From NCBI GenBank assembly GCA_964404655.1, contig CAYOKX010000002.1, positions 1,037-65,036 of the forward strand: a DNA stretch of 64,000 bases, in the 5' to 3' direction. Positions 10,298 through 19,848 of this stretch are shown one piece after another. Both the position numbers and the translations under genes were made by a program. Below the pieces are notes generated by a model. It saw only the letters and a program-made list of their open reading frames with translations. It was not told the origin of the DNA and did no database searches. The DNA is from an uncultured Sulfurimonas sp. GTDB lineage: Bacteria; Campylobacterota; Campylobacteria; Campylobacterales; Sulfurimonadaceae. Every line of letters starts with the position of its first letter. The first letter of the stretch is position 1.

Positions 10298-10325
10298 CGC
10301 AAATATTAATTTTTTCCCTAAGGAA

Positions 10326-11258
10326 TTGCGTATGCGTGGTTATAAAATATTTGCTGGTACTGCTAGTGTTGATTTTGCAAAAGAGATTTGTCAAGTTTTA
10401 GATGTTCCATTAGCTCAAGCTGATGTTAAAAAGTTCAGTGATGGTGAAATTTCTGTTCAGATTGCAGAATCTGTTCGTGGAAGAGATGTATTTATAGTAC
10501 AAAGTACAGGTGCTCCATCAAATGATAATTTAATGGAACTTCTTATTATGACTGATGCTCTTCGTCGTTCATCTGCTCAGAGTATTACTGCTGTTGTACC
10601 TTACTATGGTTATGCTAGACAAGACCGTAAAGCTGCTCCTCGTGTTCCTATTACTGCTAGACTTGTAGCAGATATGTATGAAACTGCTGGTATAGATAGA
10701 GTTATAACTATCGACCTTCACGCTGGTCAAATCCAAGGTTTCTTTGATATTCCTGTTGATAATCTTTATGGTTCAGTAACTTTTGAACACTACATAAAAA
10801 GTAAAAATCTTAAAAACCCTATTATAGCAAGTCCAGATATTGGTGGTGTTGCTCGTGCTAGATACTTTGCTAAACGTATGGGTTTAGAGATGGTTATTGT
10901 TGATAAGCGTCGTGAAAAAGCAAATGAAGCTGAAGTTATGGGTATTATCGGTGATGTTGATGGTTATGATGTTATTATGATTGATGATATGGTTGATACT
11001 GCTGGAACAATGGTAAAAGCTGCAACTGCTCTTAAAAACAAAGGTGCAACTTCTGTTATGGCTTGTGCAACTCACGGTGTTTTAAGTGGTAAAGCATACC
11101 AAAATCTTGAAAATGGTGAACTTGATGAGTTAATTATAACAAATACTCTTCAAACAAAAGAGCATAGTAAAATCAAAGTTTTAACAGTAGCACCACTTTT
11201 TGCTGAAGTTATTCGTCGTGTTTATCATAATGAAAGTGTTAATTCACTTTTTGCATAG
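10326..11258 (+). CDS. prs: Ribose-phosphate pyrophosphokinase
   Basis: FSDGEI, PYYGYARQDRK, DLHAGQIQGFF, IDDMVDTAGT. Confidence 0.98.
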   Translation: MRMRGYKIFAGTASVDFAKEICQVLDVPLAQADVKKFSDGEISVQIAESVRGRDVFIVQSTGAPSNDNLMELLIMTDALRRSSAQSITAVVPYYGYARQDRKAAPRVPITARLVADMYETAGIDRVITIDLHAGQIQGFFDIPVDNLYGSVTFEHYIKSKNLKNPIIASPDIGGVARARYFAKRMGLEMVIVDKRREKANEAEVMGIIGDVDGYDVIMIDDMVDTAGTMVKAATALKNKGATSVMACATHGVLSGKAYQNLENGELDELIITNTLQTKEHSKIKVLTVAPLFAEVIRRVYHNESVNSLFA

Positions 11259-11272
11259 GTAGTTTTTTTTTG

Positions 11273-11301
11273 AAATAGTAAGATACTATCTCTTACTATT
11301 T
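11273..11301. terminator. Inverted repeat between convergent genes (probable bidirectional terminator)
   Basis: AAATAGTAAGA-7nt-TCTTACTATTT perfect 11-bp stem. Confidence 0.6.
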
Positions 11302-12006
11302 TGGAAAAGGTATAGTTTCATCTTTTAGTCTATTATTCCAAATTTTATTTATACCTTTTGCAATCTCTCTAAATTCTAATTCACTAAATTCATCTGTTTT
11401 AGCATTCTTACACCAGTAACAGCAAGAGATACAGTTATCATCATTATAATTTACCAAATTATCTTTTTTCTCAATCTTCATACTATAATCTTTTTCTATC
11501 TTTGTATCATTTTTTAAGTCAGATAGTTTATAAATTTGTTTTGTAGTTATACCACAATAATAACAACTATCTTTCAGTGTCATCTCTATAAATTTTCCCC
11601 ATGAGAGATTACTTTGATAATTTTGTTTTTTTAGGATAGCTAGACTACTCTCTTTTTTATAGTTTTTTTCAAATTTTTTACTATGATTATAATCTTCTAA
11701 AGATATATCTTTATATTTACGGTTTAGATTACTCTCCAGTAGTGTTAAGAAATTTTCCCTTTTTGGTTCACTTAAACCCCAGTTACTTATACAATAAAAA
11801 GGGGAGAGTATAACTCTTTTATATTTTGTAATATCTTTTGTTGTATGCTTTAAATAATAGTATTTAAGAGTAAAATCTCTTCCTTTACTTCGTATCGGTT
11901 TTTTATCGATAAAGCCCCCATTTAGTTGAAAATGATGATTTTTTAAGACCTCTGATTTTAATTCATTTTTTGTTACTTTTTCTAATTCAATCTCTTGTTT
12001 ATTCAT
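11296..12006 (-). CDS. Hypothetical protein with C-terminal HNH-like Zn-binding domain
   Basis: CYYCG...Y..DNCISCCYWCKNAK resembles the treble-clef HNH motif; N-terminal half not recognised. Confidence 0.65.
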   Translation of the reverse strand: MNKQEIELEKVTKNELKSEVLKNHHFQLNGGFIDKKPIRSKGRDFTLKYYYLKHTTKDITKYKRVILSPFYCISNWGLSEPKRENFLTLLESNLNRKYKDISLEDYNHSKKFEKNYKKESSLAILKKQNYQSNLSWGKFIEMTLKDSCYYCGITTKQIYKLSDLKNDTKIEKDYSMKIEKKDNLVNYNDDNCISCCYWCKNAKTDEFSELEFREIAKGINKIWNNRLKDETIPFPK

Positions 12007-12073
12007 TGTTATTTTTGTCCTTTACTCTTTCGTATAATAAACTTTTTAAAATAGGGGTAATAAAACAATCTAA

Positions 12074-12928
12074 TCAAAAAAGCCCTTTCTTCCCATAACG
12101 TCGTAACATACTCTCATTCCCACTCACTCCACCACTATGAATATATAAAATCTTCTCATCAGTTTGTTCCAATAAAGTTTTCCATAAAAGAGGGGCATAT
12201 AAAAGGTCAAACTCTATCTCTGTTTTTAAAAGCTTTTGATATATCTCTATAAACTCTTTATAGGGTTTTGCAAAATGATACTTTTGAGATGGTTCTAAGA
12301 TGATTAGATTATTTGGGATAGTGGCTAAGGCACTCATCTGCTCTATAAGATAGGCTTTATCCCCTATGGATGGTGTTGTATATATCTTATATTGGGGTAA
12401 GGAAAGAGCTAAGTGTAGTGCTGTTGTTCCTGTACCTGATGGGGTGGCTATGGCATCAAATTTTTCATCACTTACCTCTATCTCTTTAGCTAAAACTCCT
12501 AAACCCTCAAGAGCCATCTTATCTGCTCCTCCTTGGTCTATTATGGTAGTTTTTTCATCGAGATTTAAACGCAGAGAGGCGATAAAATCTTTATAATATT
12601 CATTTTCCAACTCTATATGCTTCATACCCAACTCAATAGAGTGAAAATAGTTCCCAAATTTTTGCTCTTTTTGAGTTTGACTCACTTTTTTAGTATAGTA
12701 GATAAACTCCCAACCTTTTGTTTTACACATAGCTGAAATAGCTAACATAGCATTAGATTGTGTGCCACCATAGGAGATAATTTTATTGTATTTTTTTGAA
12801 TCTATTTGAAGAAGTGTGTAGAGTTTTCTGTATTTATTCCCTGCTAGATAAGGGTCTATCAGGTCATCTCGTTTGATGAGAAACTCTCTCCCATCTACCA
12901 TAATAGTAGATATTGGAGAGCTGTTCAC
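12074..12928 (-). CDS. ACC deaminase / D-cysteine desulfhydrase family PLP enzyme
   Basis: IKRDDL, GNKYRKL (PLP Lys), SYGGTQSNAM, SGTGTT, IHSGG. Confidence 0.88.
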   Translation of the reverse strand: MNSSPISTIMVDGREFLIKRDDLIDPYLAGNKYRKLYTLLQIDSKKYNKIISYGGTQSNAMLAISAMCKTKGWEFIYYTKKVSQTQKEQKFGNYFHSIELGMKHIELENEYYKDFIASLRLNLDEKTTIIDQGGADKMALEGLGVLAKEIEVSDEKFDAIATPSGTGTTALHLALSLPQYKIYTTPSIGDKAYLIEQMSALATIPNNLIILEPSQKYHFAKPYKEFIEIYQKLLKTEIEFDLLYAPLLWKTLLEQTDEKILYIHSGGVSGNESMLRRYGKKGLF

Positions 12929-13758
12929 TATTTGATGATAGCTTTTTTGTGTAAAGCTTCCATTTTAGTTTTCATAATCTCTTTAAATTTTTCTAACTTA
13001 AGACGTTGCTCTATAAATGATTTTACCTCATCATATTTTCTCATCGCTCCAGCTTTTTTATCCTCTAAATAGATAACGTGAAAACCAAACTGAGTTTTTA
13101 CAGCTTGAGTAGTGATAGTTCCCTTTTTCATACCAAATACAGTAGCATCAAATGCAGGTACCATCTGACCTTTACTAAAGAAACCTAAATCTCCACCTTT
13201 CGGTCCACTAGGTCCTGTTGATTTTGATTTTGCTAGTTCTATAAATTTATCTTTAAGAAGGTTTCCAGATAATGGTTTTAACTCTAAGATGATTTTTTTT
13301 GCTTCATCCTCAGTTTTTACTAAGATGTGACGAGCATGAACACTCTCTTTTTCATTAAACTCCTCTTTATTAGAGTTATAATAGTTTTTTAACTCCCCAT
13401 TTGAAACTTCAAGTTTATCAAGTTGCTGTTTTTGCCATACTTGAATAGCTAACTCTTTTTTAATTCTCTCTTGAACTTTTTTATACTCATCTTTGAACTC
13501 TTTAGAATTAAGTACACCTGTCTTTTTAGCATCACCATACACTAACTCTTTGCCTATTAGTTGCTGTAAAACTTGCTCTCTAAATTGAGCTTGTTTATCA
13601 GCTGGAACTTGATTAAATCTACCTTGAGTAGCATTCATAAGTGCAGTTTCTACGTCGTTTTGAGTGATAGCTGAACCATTTACAGTTACTAGAGTTTGAG
13701 CAGTTGCTATTGAACTTGTTATTAAAATAGCAGATAGTATTTTTGTTACTTGTTTCAT
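12928..13758 (-). CDS. Periplasmic parvulin-type peptidyl-prolyl isomerase (PEB4/Cbf2-like)
   Basis: Signal peptide, HARHILV, GGDLGFF, KTQFGFHVI. Confidence 0.92.
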   Translation of the reverse strand: MKQVTKILSAILITSSIATAQTLVTVNGSAITQNDVETALMNATQGRFNQVPADKQAQFREQVLQQLIGKELVYGDAKKTGVLNSKEFKDEYKKVQERIKKELAIQVWQKQQLDKLEVSNGELKNYYNSNKEEFNEKESVHARHILVKTEDEAKKIILELKPLSGNLLKDKFIELAKSKSTGPSGPKGGDLGFFSKGQMVPAFDATVFGMKKGTITTQAVKTQFGFHVIYLEDKKAGAMRKYDEVKSFIEQRLKLEKFKEIMKTKMEALHKKAIIK

Positions 13759-13865
13759 TTAAGATTCCCTTGAGCTTTAATAATTAAAAAAGTTTAATAC
13801 TCTTATGTTAATAGTTATTAAACAGATGATAAAATACAAACTAATTAGATACTAAAAGAGATAAA

Positions 13866-14507
13866 ATGAAAAAAGCAACTAAAAAAGAGATAGTAGAGAT
13901 ACACAAACTATTTGTAGAAAGATATGATGAAGCAGTAACCGAACTTACCTACTCAAATGCCTATGAATTGGTCATAGCAGTAGCACTCTCAGCACAATGT
14001 ACAGATAAAAGAGTAAACATTCTAACACCTCCACTCTTTGCAAAATACCCCTCCCCAAAAGAGTTAGCCGAGGCTTCATTAGATGATGTAAAAAGTTTTA
14101 TAAATAGTTGTTCTTTTTTTAATAACAAAGCAAAAAATATTATAGCGATGGCTCAAAGAGTTATAACTGTATTTGATGGTGAAATTCCTATGAATACAAA
14201 AGATTTGATGAGTTTAGCAGGAGTGGGTCAAAAAACAGCAAATGTTGTGATGATAGAATACACTGGAGCAAATTTGATGGCAGTAGATACACATGTATTT
14301 CGTGTTTCTCATCGTCTAGGGTTAAGTGAGGATACAACACCGATAAAAACAGAAGCAACACTTGTCAAAAAGTTTAAAAATGACCTTCATGCACTCCATC
14401 AAGGTATGGTTCTTTTTGGTCGCTATATCTGTACCTCTCAAAACCCTAAATGTGAAGAGTGTTTTCTAACAGAGTATTGTAAAACAAAAAAAACTTTTAA
14501 GGTATAA
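13866..14507 (+). CDS. nth: Endonuclease III
   Basis: LSAQCTD, HhH GVGQKTANVV, VDTHVFR, C-terminal 4Fe-4S Cys motif. Confidence 0.97.
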   Translation: MKKATKKEIVEIHKLFVERYDEAVTELTYSNAYELVIAVALSAQCTDKRVNILTPPLFAKYPSPKELAEASLDDVKSFINSCSFFNNKAKNIIAMAQRVITVFDGEIPMNTKDLMSLAGVGQKTANVVMIEYTGANLMAVDTHVFRVSHRLGLSEDTTPIKTEATLVKKFKNDLHALHQGMVLFGRYICTSQNPKCEECFLTEYCKTKKTFKV

Positions 14508-14514
14508 TTATATT

Positions 14515-14691
14515 ATGAAAAAAACACTCCTATTTATCTCTTTTACTCTTCTTTTTAGTGGCTGTGTAAACAAACATGGTATATCGATGAAATATTATAG
14601 TGATTGTAAAGAGTATTATGATTTACAAGGGTATTATCATAAAGATTGTGGAGATGATGATATAGTGACTTATAAAGAGTTAGGATTATAA
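14515..14691 (+). CDS. Small lipoprotein, 58 aa (absent from ORF track)
   Basis: MKKTLLFISFTLLFSGC|VNKHGISMKYYSDCKEYYDLQGYYHKDCG...; lipobox FSGC; TATAAT ends 6 nt before ATG. Confidence 0.8.
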   Translation: MKKTLLFISFTLLFSGCVNKHGISMKYYSDCKEYYDLQGYYHKDCGDDDIVTYKELGL

Positions 14692-14692
14692 A

Positions 14693-14866
14693 ATGAAAAG
14701 AATAAATTGTAGAAGATGTAAACACTATTTTGTAACATGGGAAAAAAATCAACCTCATGGATGTCGTGCTTATGGATTTAAATCAGCTCAAATTCCATCG
14801 ATGGTTGTTTTAAAAAGTAGTGGAGAAAGTTGTAACCTTTTTATTGAAAAAATTTTAAAAAAGTAA
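14693..14866 (+). CDS. Small Cys-rich putative metal-binding protein, 57 aa (absent from ORF track)
   Basis: MKRINCRRCKHYFVTWEKNQPHGCRAYGFKSAQIPSMVVLKSSGESCNLF...; four Cys; starts 1 nt after the upstream stop. Confidence 0.8.
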   Translation: MKRINCRRCKHYFVTWEKNQPHGCRAYGFKSAQIPSMVVLKSSGESCNLFIEKILKK

Positions 14867-14919
14867 ATCACTTTAGCTATAATAATAAAAATATTATGTA
14901 GAGGGATATTGGAGATATT

Positions 14920-16149
14920 ATGACAGAAACAGATATTAGTGAATTAACATTTGAGCAGTTAGGTAAGATACGAATGTATCTTAAAAATATGATTAATAAT
15001 GGAGGAAGTGACCTTCATGTTAAGGCAAACTCTGTTATTCGTGCAAGAATTCATGGAGATTTAGTTCAAATTTCAGGAAGGATTTTTTCTCCAGAAGATG
15101 CTTTAACATTTGCAAAAGAGTTATTAAAAGGACGATTTGCTGAGCTAGTTGAAAAAAGAGAACTTGACCTTGTGTATCCTTTTGATGAAAGAAATCGTTT
15201 TCGTGTAAATATCTTTTTTCAGATGGATGGAATATCTGCTGTTTTCCGTATTATTCCTGTAAAAGTTCCCTCTTGTAGTGAGTTAAATCTTCCACCTGTT
15301 CTCCAAACATTTACAAATAAATCAAGAGGTTTAGTTCTTGTAACAGGTGTAACAGGAAGTGGTAAATCAACAACACTTGCTTCACTCATAAATGAGATAA
15401 ATACTACAAGAAAAAAACATATTATTACCATAGAAGACCCTATCGAGTTTGTGCATAAAGATAGAGGATGTGTGATAAATCAACGTACAGTTGGACAAGA
15501 TACTCTTTCTTTTGGAAATGCTCTGCGTGCTGCACTTCGTGAAGACCCAGATATTATACTTGTTGGGGAGATGCGTGATAAAGAGACGATAGAGTTAGCT
15601 CTTCATGCAGCAGATACAGGACATCTTGTTTTCTCAACACTTCATACAATAGATGCGAAAGAGACTATTAACAGAATTATTGCACAATTTCCAACAGATG
15701 AGCAAAATCGTGTAAGACTCTCTTTAGCAGGTGTTATTCAAGGAATTATATCTCAACGTCTAATTCCAACGGTAGATGGTGGACGTCGTGCTGCGATGGA
15801 AATTATGGTTCGTACTCCAACTATCGAAAAACTTATTATGGAAAATCGTGATGTTGAGATACCTGAAGTGATAGCACAAGGAAAACAGCATTATCAATCA
15901 CAAACATTTGACCAGTCTATTTTAGATCTTTATGAAAAAGGGATTATCTCAGAGAAACAAGCATTAGAAAGTGCTTCTAGTCCAGCTGATTTAAAACTCA
16001 AAATGGGTGGTTTAACAACAGGAAAATATGAAACTCCACAAGAAAAAGTTGCACCTAGCCAAACAATAGAAGATGAAAAAGCAGTTATTGAAGAACCATC
16101 TACTTTTATTGATGAAGAGGATGAAGACGATGTTTTCGCTTTAAAGTAA
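14920..16149 (+). CDS. PilT/PilU family ATPase
   Basis: GSDLH, GVTGSGKSTT, TIEDPIE, ALREDPDIILVGEMRD, TGHLVFSTLHT; acidic C-terminal tail. Confidence 0.92.
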   Translation: MTETDISELTFEQLGKIRMYLKNMINNGGSDLHVKANSVIRARIHGDLVQISGRIFSPEDALTFAKELLKGRFAELVEKRELDLVYPFDERNRFRVNIFFQMDGISAVFRIIPVKVPSCSELNLPPVLQTFTNKSRGLVLVTGVTGSGKSTTLASLINEINTTRKKHIITIEDPIEFVHKDRGCVINQRTVGQDTLSFGNALRAALREDPDIILVGEMRDKETIELALHAADTGHLVFSTLHTIDAKETINRIIAQFPTDEQNRVRLSLAGVIQGIISQRLIPTVDGGRRAAMEIMVRTPTIEKLIMENRDVEIPEVIAQGKQHYQSQTFDQSILDLYEKGIISEKQALESASSPADLKLKMGGLTTGKYETPQEKVAPSQTIEDEKAVIEEPSTFIDEEDEDDVFALK

Positions 16150-16156
16150 AATTTTA

Positions 16157-16486
16157 ATGCAGATAAGAGAACTAAATTTAAAAGAACTTGATAGAGTTTA
16201 TCCATTAATGTCTCAACTCTATCCAGAACTATCCTATCAAGGATTTGAGGATTTAATCTATGATATGAGATATATGGATTATAAAATGATAGGTGTTTGT
16301 GATAGAGAAGAGCTTATCTCTTATGCTGGGATTATTATTCAAACAACATTTAAAGATAATAGACATCTTAAAGTTTTAGATATGGTAACCTCTCAGAAAT
16401 ATGATAGTAAAAAATATAATAATATGATGAAAGAGTATTTAGAGGATTATTCCCGTATGGCTATGTGTAAAAGTGTCATTTTTTAG
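16157..16486 (+). CDS. Short GNAT-like hypothetical protein
   Basis: IREL..ELDRVYPLMSQL...HLKVLDMVT pattern resembles the N-terminal part of a GNAT fold. Confidence 0.55.
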   Translation: MQIRELNLKELDRVYPLMSQLYPELSYQGFEDLIYDMRYMDYKMIGVCDREELISYAGIIIQTTFKDNRHLKVLDMVTSQKYDSKKYNNMMKEYLEDYSRMAMCKSVIF

Positions 16487-16488
16487 GC

Positions 16489-16494
16489 TATAAT
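16489..16494 (+). promoter_or_regulatory. -10 box positioned for a leaderless hemW transcript
   Basis: gcTATAAT-cccttt-ATG; no SD. Confidence 0.6.
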
Positions 16495-16500
16495 CCCTTT

Positions 16501-17562
16501 ATGCTATTATATATTCATATCCCATTTTGTGACTCTAAATGTTCCTATTGTGCTTTTAACTCCTATGTTGATAAGTTTCATCTCAAACAGGAGTATATGA
16601 ATGCACTTTATACTCAAATAGAGTATGAGTTAGAACATTTTCATGTAAATCATAATTCAATAGAAACTCTCTTTATTGGAGGAGGAACTCCCTCTACTGT
16701 TTCTCCTGAACTTTATCAACCTATATTTAAACTTTTACAACCATATTTTAAAAATGCTATTGAGATAACATCTGAAGCTAATCCAAATAGTGCCACTTAT
16801 GAGTGGTTAACTGGTATGAAAAAATTAGGTGTAAATAGGATAAGTTTTGGCGTACAAAGTTTTGATAAAGAGAAATTAAGACTTTTAAACAGAGCGCATA
16901 CTCCTACCCAAGCGATAGAAGCTATAAAAAATGCTAAAAATGTAGGCTTTGAAAACATATCTCTTGATATTATTTACGCAACATTAGGTGATACTCGTAA
17001 ATTACTTCAAAAAGATATAGAGATAGCATTTTCACTCCCTATAAATCATTTAAGTGCTTATGCTTTAACTATTGAAGAAAATACTCCTTTTGAAAGAAAT
17101 CCTACCATGGCAACTGAAAAGCTAGAAGAAACAAATTGGTTTTTTAATGAGATAGAAAAAAAAGGTTTTAAACAGTATGAAATAAGTAATTTTGGAACAT
17201 ATAAATCTACTCATAACTTAGGCTATTGGCTTTATAAAGATTATATAGGTGCTGGTTGTGGTGCAGTTGGGAAGTTGAAAAATGAACGATTTTATCCTGA
17301 TAGTTCTGTTGAAAACTATATAAAAAATCCATTAGATATAAGAGTAGAAACACTCGATGATGCAGATATAAAGATAGAAAAACTTTTTTTAGGATTTCGT
17401 TCTGAGATAGGAGTTACTAGCAATATTCTCACTAAAGATGAGGTAAAACTAGCTGATATTTTAGTACAAGAGAATAAACTTGAAAAAAAAGATACTATTT
17501 TTTATAATAGAGATTATCTTTTAGCTGATGAGATTGTACTTTTTATAATGAGAGAGGATTAA
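16501..17562 (+). CDS. hemW: Radical SAM heme chaperone HemW (HemN-like)
   Basis: LYIHIPFCDSKCSYCAF, GGGTPS, YEISNF, HNLGYW (HNxxYW). Confidence 0.9.
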   Translation: MLLYIHIPFCDSKCSYCAFNSYVDKFHLKQEYMNALYTQIEYELEHFHVNHNSIETLFIGGGTPSTVSPELYQPIFKLLQPYFKNAIEITSEANPNSATYEWLTGMKKLGVNRISFGVQSFDKEKLRLLNRAHTPTQAIEAIKNAKNVGFENISLDIIYATLGDTRKLLQKDIEIAFSLPINHLSAYALTIEENTPFERNPTMATEKLEETNWFFNEIEKKGFKQYEISNFGTYKSTHNLGYWLYKDYIGAGCGAVGKLKNERFYPDSSVENYIKNPLDIRVETLDDADIKIEKLFLGFRSEIGVTSNILTKDEVKLADILVQENKLEKKDTIFYNRDYLLADEIVLFIMRED

Positions 17563-17564
17563 AG

Positions 17565-18548
17565 ATGCGTAAACATTTTATTAAAAATATAGAGATAGAT
17601 AATTTTAAATGTTTTAATGGTTTTAAAGCTGAAGGGTTTAAAAGAGTTAATCTTATTGGTGGGAAGAATAATGTTGGGAAGACAGCTTTTATGGAGGCTT
17701 GTAAAATAGGTATTAATGCTGAGGATATAAAAGGTTTTACAACGAGTTTAATAGATAGTAAAATTTCACGAGAAAATATAAATATATTAACTGGACTTGT
17801 AGATAAAACATTAAATATTAATGATAAAATGATTCAAGAGTTTTTACAACCATTTTCTGGACTAAAATTAATTATTAATAATCAAAAAAAATCTTTTTTT
17901 ATTAAAGAAGAATTAGGAATAAAAAGTTATTATTTTAATATGGATGATGAACTTTTGAAAATCAAAATTAAAAACTTTTTATTTGAAAATAGTACAAAAG
18001 AAAATTTACGATTTATTGATAATTTTGGACTATCTAGTTCTAATATCATTAAAGATTTTTCAGCAATCCAAAAAAAAGATGAAGAGAACTTTTTAAACAA
18101 TATTATAAATCAATTTGACAATAATATTAAATCCTTTAAAATTATAGATGATAAACCTCAATGTAAGATGAATGATAATTACTATGAAATAACAGAATTT
18201 GGAGATGGTCTAAGACATATTATTTCTATTGTGATTGAGTTATTTAAGTGTGAAGGTGGACATCTTTTTATAGATGAAATAGATAATGGAATTCACTATA
18301 CTCAACTTGATGAAATATGGAAAGTAATATTTCAAATATCTGATAAATTAAATGTACAAATTTTTGCTACAACTCATTCAAAAGAGTGTATCGATTCTTA
18401 TGCTAGAGTTTCTAAAGAGTTAGAAGATGAAGATATGTCATTCATAGCACTAGGACGAGATAAAGACAGCCAATTAAAAGCTATTGTAATGAAGAGTGAA
18501 AGATTTTATAGAGAACTTCGTGATGGAAATGGAGTAAGAGGGTGGTAG
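17565..18548 (+). CDS. ABC/AAA_21-type ATPase (toxin-antitoxin/defence-associated type)
   Basis: IEIDNFKCF, Walker A GGKNNVGKT, signature-like FGDG, Walker B LFIDEIDNGIH, TTHS; very AT-rich. Confidence 0.88.
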   Translation: MRKHFIKNIEIDNFKCFNGFKAEGFKRVNLIGGKNNVGKTAFMEACKIGINAEDIKGFTTSLIDSKISRENINILTGLVDKTLNINDKMIQEFLQPFSGLKLIINNQKKSFFIKEELGIKSYYFNMDDELLKIKIKNFLFENSTKENLRFIDNFGLSSSNIIKDFSAIQKKDEENFLNNIINQFDNNIKSFKIIDDKPQCKMNDNYYEITEFGDGLRHIISIVIELFKCEGGHLFIDEIDNGIHYTQLDEIWKVIFQISDKLNVQIFATTHSKECIDSYARVSKELEDEDMSFIALGRDKDSQLKAIVMKSERFYRELRDGNGVRGW

Positions 18549-19054
18549 CTATTTTACATGAGGGTAAAACAGATAAAGATTTTTTTAATAATTTATTTCA
18601 AACATATAATTTAGATGTAAATGAAGATAGAGTAAAGTACTATAATTTTGAAGGAATAGATAATATATTTCAAATAGGACATCGTCACTATAATGAGATA
18701 GAGAGTGATAATATTGTTTCAAAGATACTAATTGTTATAGATGCAGATAATAATTATAAAGGACATCAGTAAAAATTAGAAGAATTAATAGAGAATCTTG
18801 ATTTTAAAAGTATAAATATAGACTTTTTTATTATGTCAGATGAATTTCAAAAAGGAAATTTAGAATCTTTTTTACTATCAGTTTTAGATGATAAGCAAAA
18901 AGAGTGTATTAAAAATTTTAGAAAGTGTTATAAATATGAACTTAATGATAAATGGACATATAATACTTTTTACAAACAGAAAAAATATCCTTTTGATTTT
19001 AATCATAAAAACTTTGATATACTCAAACAAAAACTACAAACTTTATTTAACTAA
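18542..19054 (+). pseudogene. TOPRIM-like partner (DUF3226/DUF4435-like) interrupted by one in-frame TAA at 18770-18772
   Basis: ORFs 18542-18772 and 18833-19054 are in the same frame and the sequence between them is open (...GHQ*KLEELIENLDFKSINIDFFIMS...). HEGKTD, IDADN and GNLE motifs. Confidence 0.8.
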
Positions 19055-19065
19055 AAAGGAAAAAA

Positions 19066-19776
19066 ATGACATTATACCCCGCAATAGATTTAAAAGATGG
19101 ACAGGCTGTAAGACTTACTAAAGGGCTTATGGATAGTGCTAAAATATACTCAAATGAGCCTTATGAACTTGTGAAAAAGTTTGAAGAGATGGGGGCTGAA
19201 TGGGTACATTTAGTTGATTTGAATGGTGCTTTTGCAGGAGAGCCTAAAAACTTAGACTCTATTATTAAAATTCGTGAGAATTGTAATGTAAAACTTGAAC
19301 TTGGTGGTGGAATTCGTGATGAATCTACTATAAAAAAGATGTTAGATTTAGGAATAGATAGAATTATATTAGGTTCTATTGCTGTAAAAGACCCTCAGTT
19401 TGTAAGAGATATGGCTAGTAAATATCCTATCGCTGTTGGTATAGATGCTATTGATGGTTATGTAGCTGTTGAGGGATGGGGTGAAGTTTCCTCTATGAAA
19501 GCAACAGATTTAGCAAAAGAGTTTGCAGATGCTGGTGTTGAAGCTATCATCTGTACAGATGTTGGTAAAGATGGAACACTTAGTGGAGTAAATGTTGATT
19601 TTACTTTAGATATTGCAAGAGCAAGTGGAGTAAGTACTATCGCTAGTGGTGGAGTGAAAGATGAAAGTGATATTGAAGCACTTATAGCGACAAAAGAAGT
19701 TGATGGTGTAATTATAGGAAAAGCTTATTATGAGGGTAGATTAGACTTAGCAAAGATGTTTAAACTCTTAAAATAA
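19066..19776 (+). CDS. hisA: ProFAR isomerase HisA
   Basis: [33 protein letters not shown]. Confidence 0.97.
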   Translation: MTLYPAIDLKDGQAVRLTKGLMDSAKIYSNEPYELVKKFEEMGAEWVHLVDLNGAFAGEPKNLDSIIKIRENCNVKLELGGGIRDESTIKKMLDLGIDRIILGSIAVKDPQFVRDMASKYPIAVGIDAIDGYVAVEGWGEVSSMKATDLAKEFADAGVEAIICTDVGKDGTLSGVNVDFTLDIARASGVSTIASGGVKDESDIEALIATKEVDGVIIGKAYYEGRLDLAKMFKLLK

Positions 19777-19848
19777 TTAATAGAAAAGCAAACAAAAATT
19801 TGATATTATTTTGTTATTAATTATTTAATATAAAAAAAAGGATTTCCA

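Noticed and set aside
14555-14758. Minus-strand 67-aa ORF
   Set aside because: Antisense to two better-supported plus-strand small genes (lipobox, Cys motif, promoter).
18770-18772. Programmed readthrough or Sec/Pyl recoding of the internal stop
   Set aside because: The codon is TAA, not TGA or TAG, and no downstream hairpin is evident; a nonsense mutation or sequencing error is simpler.
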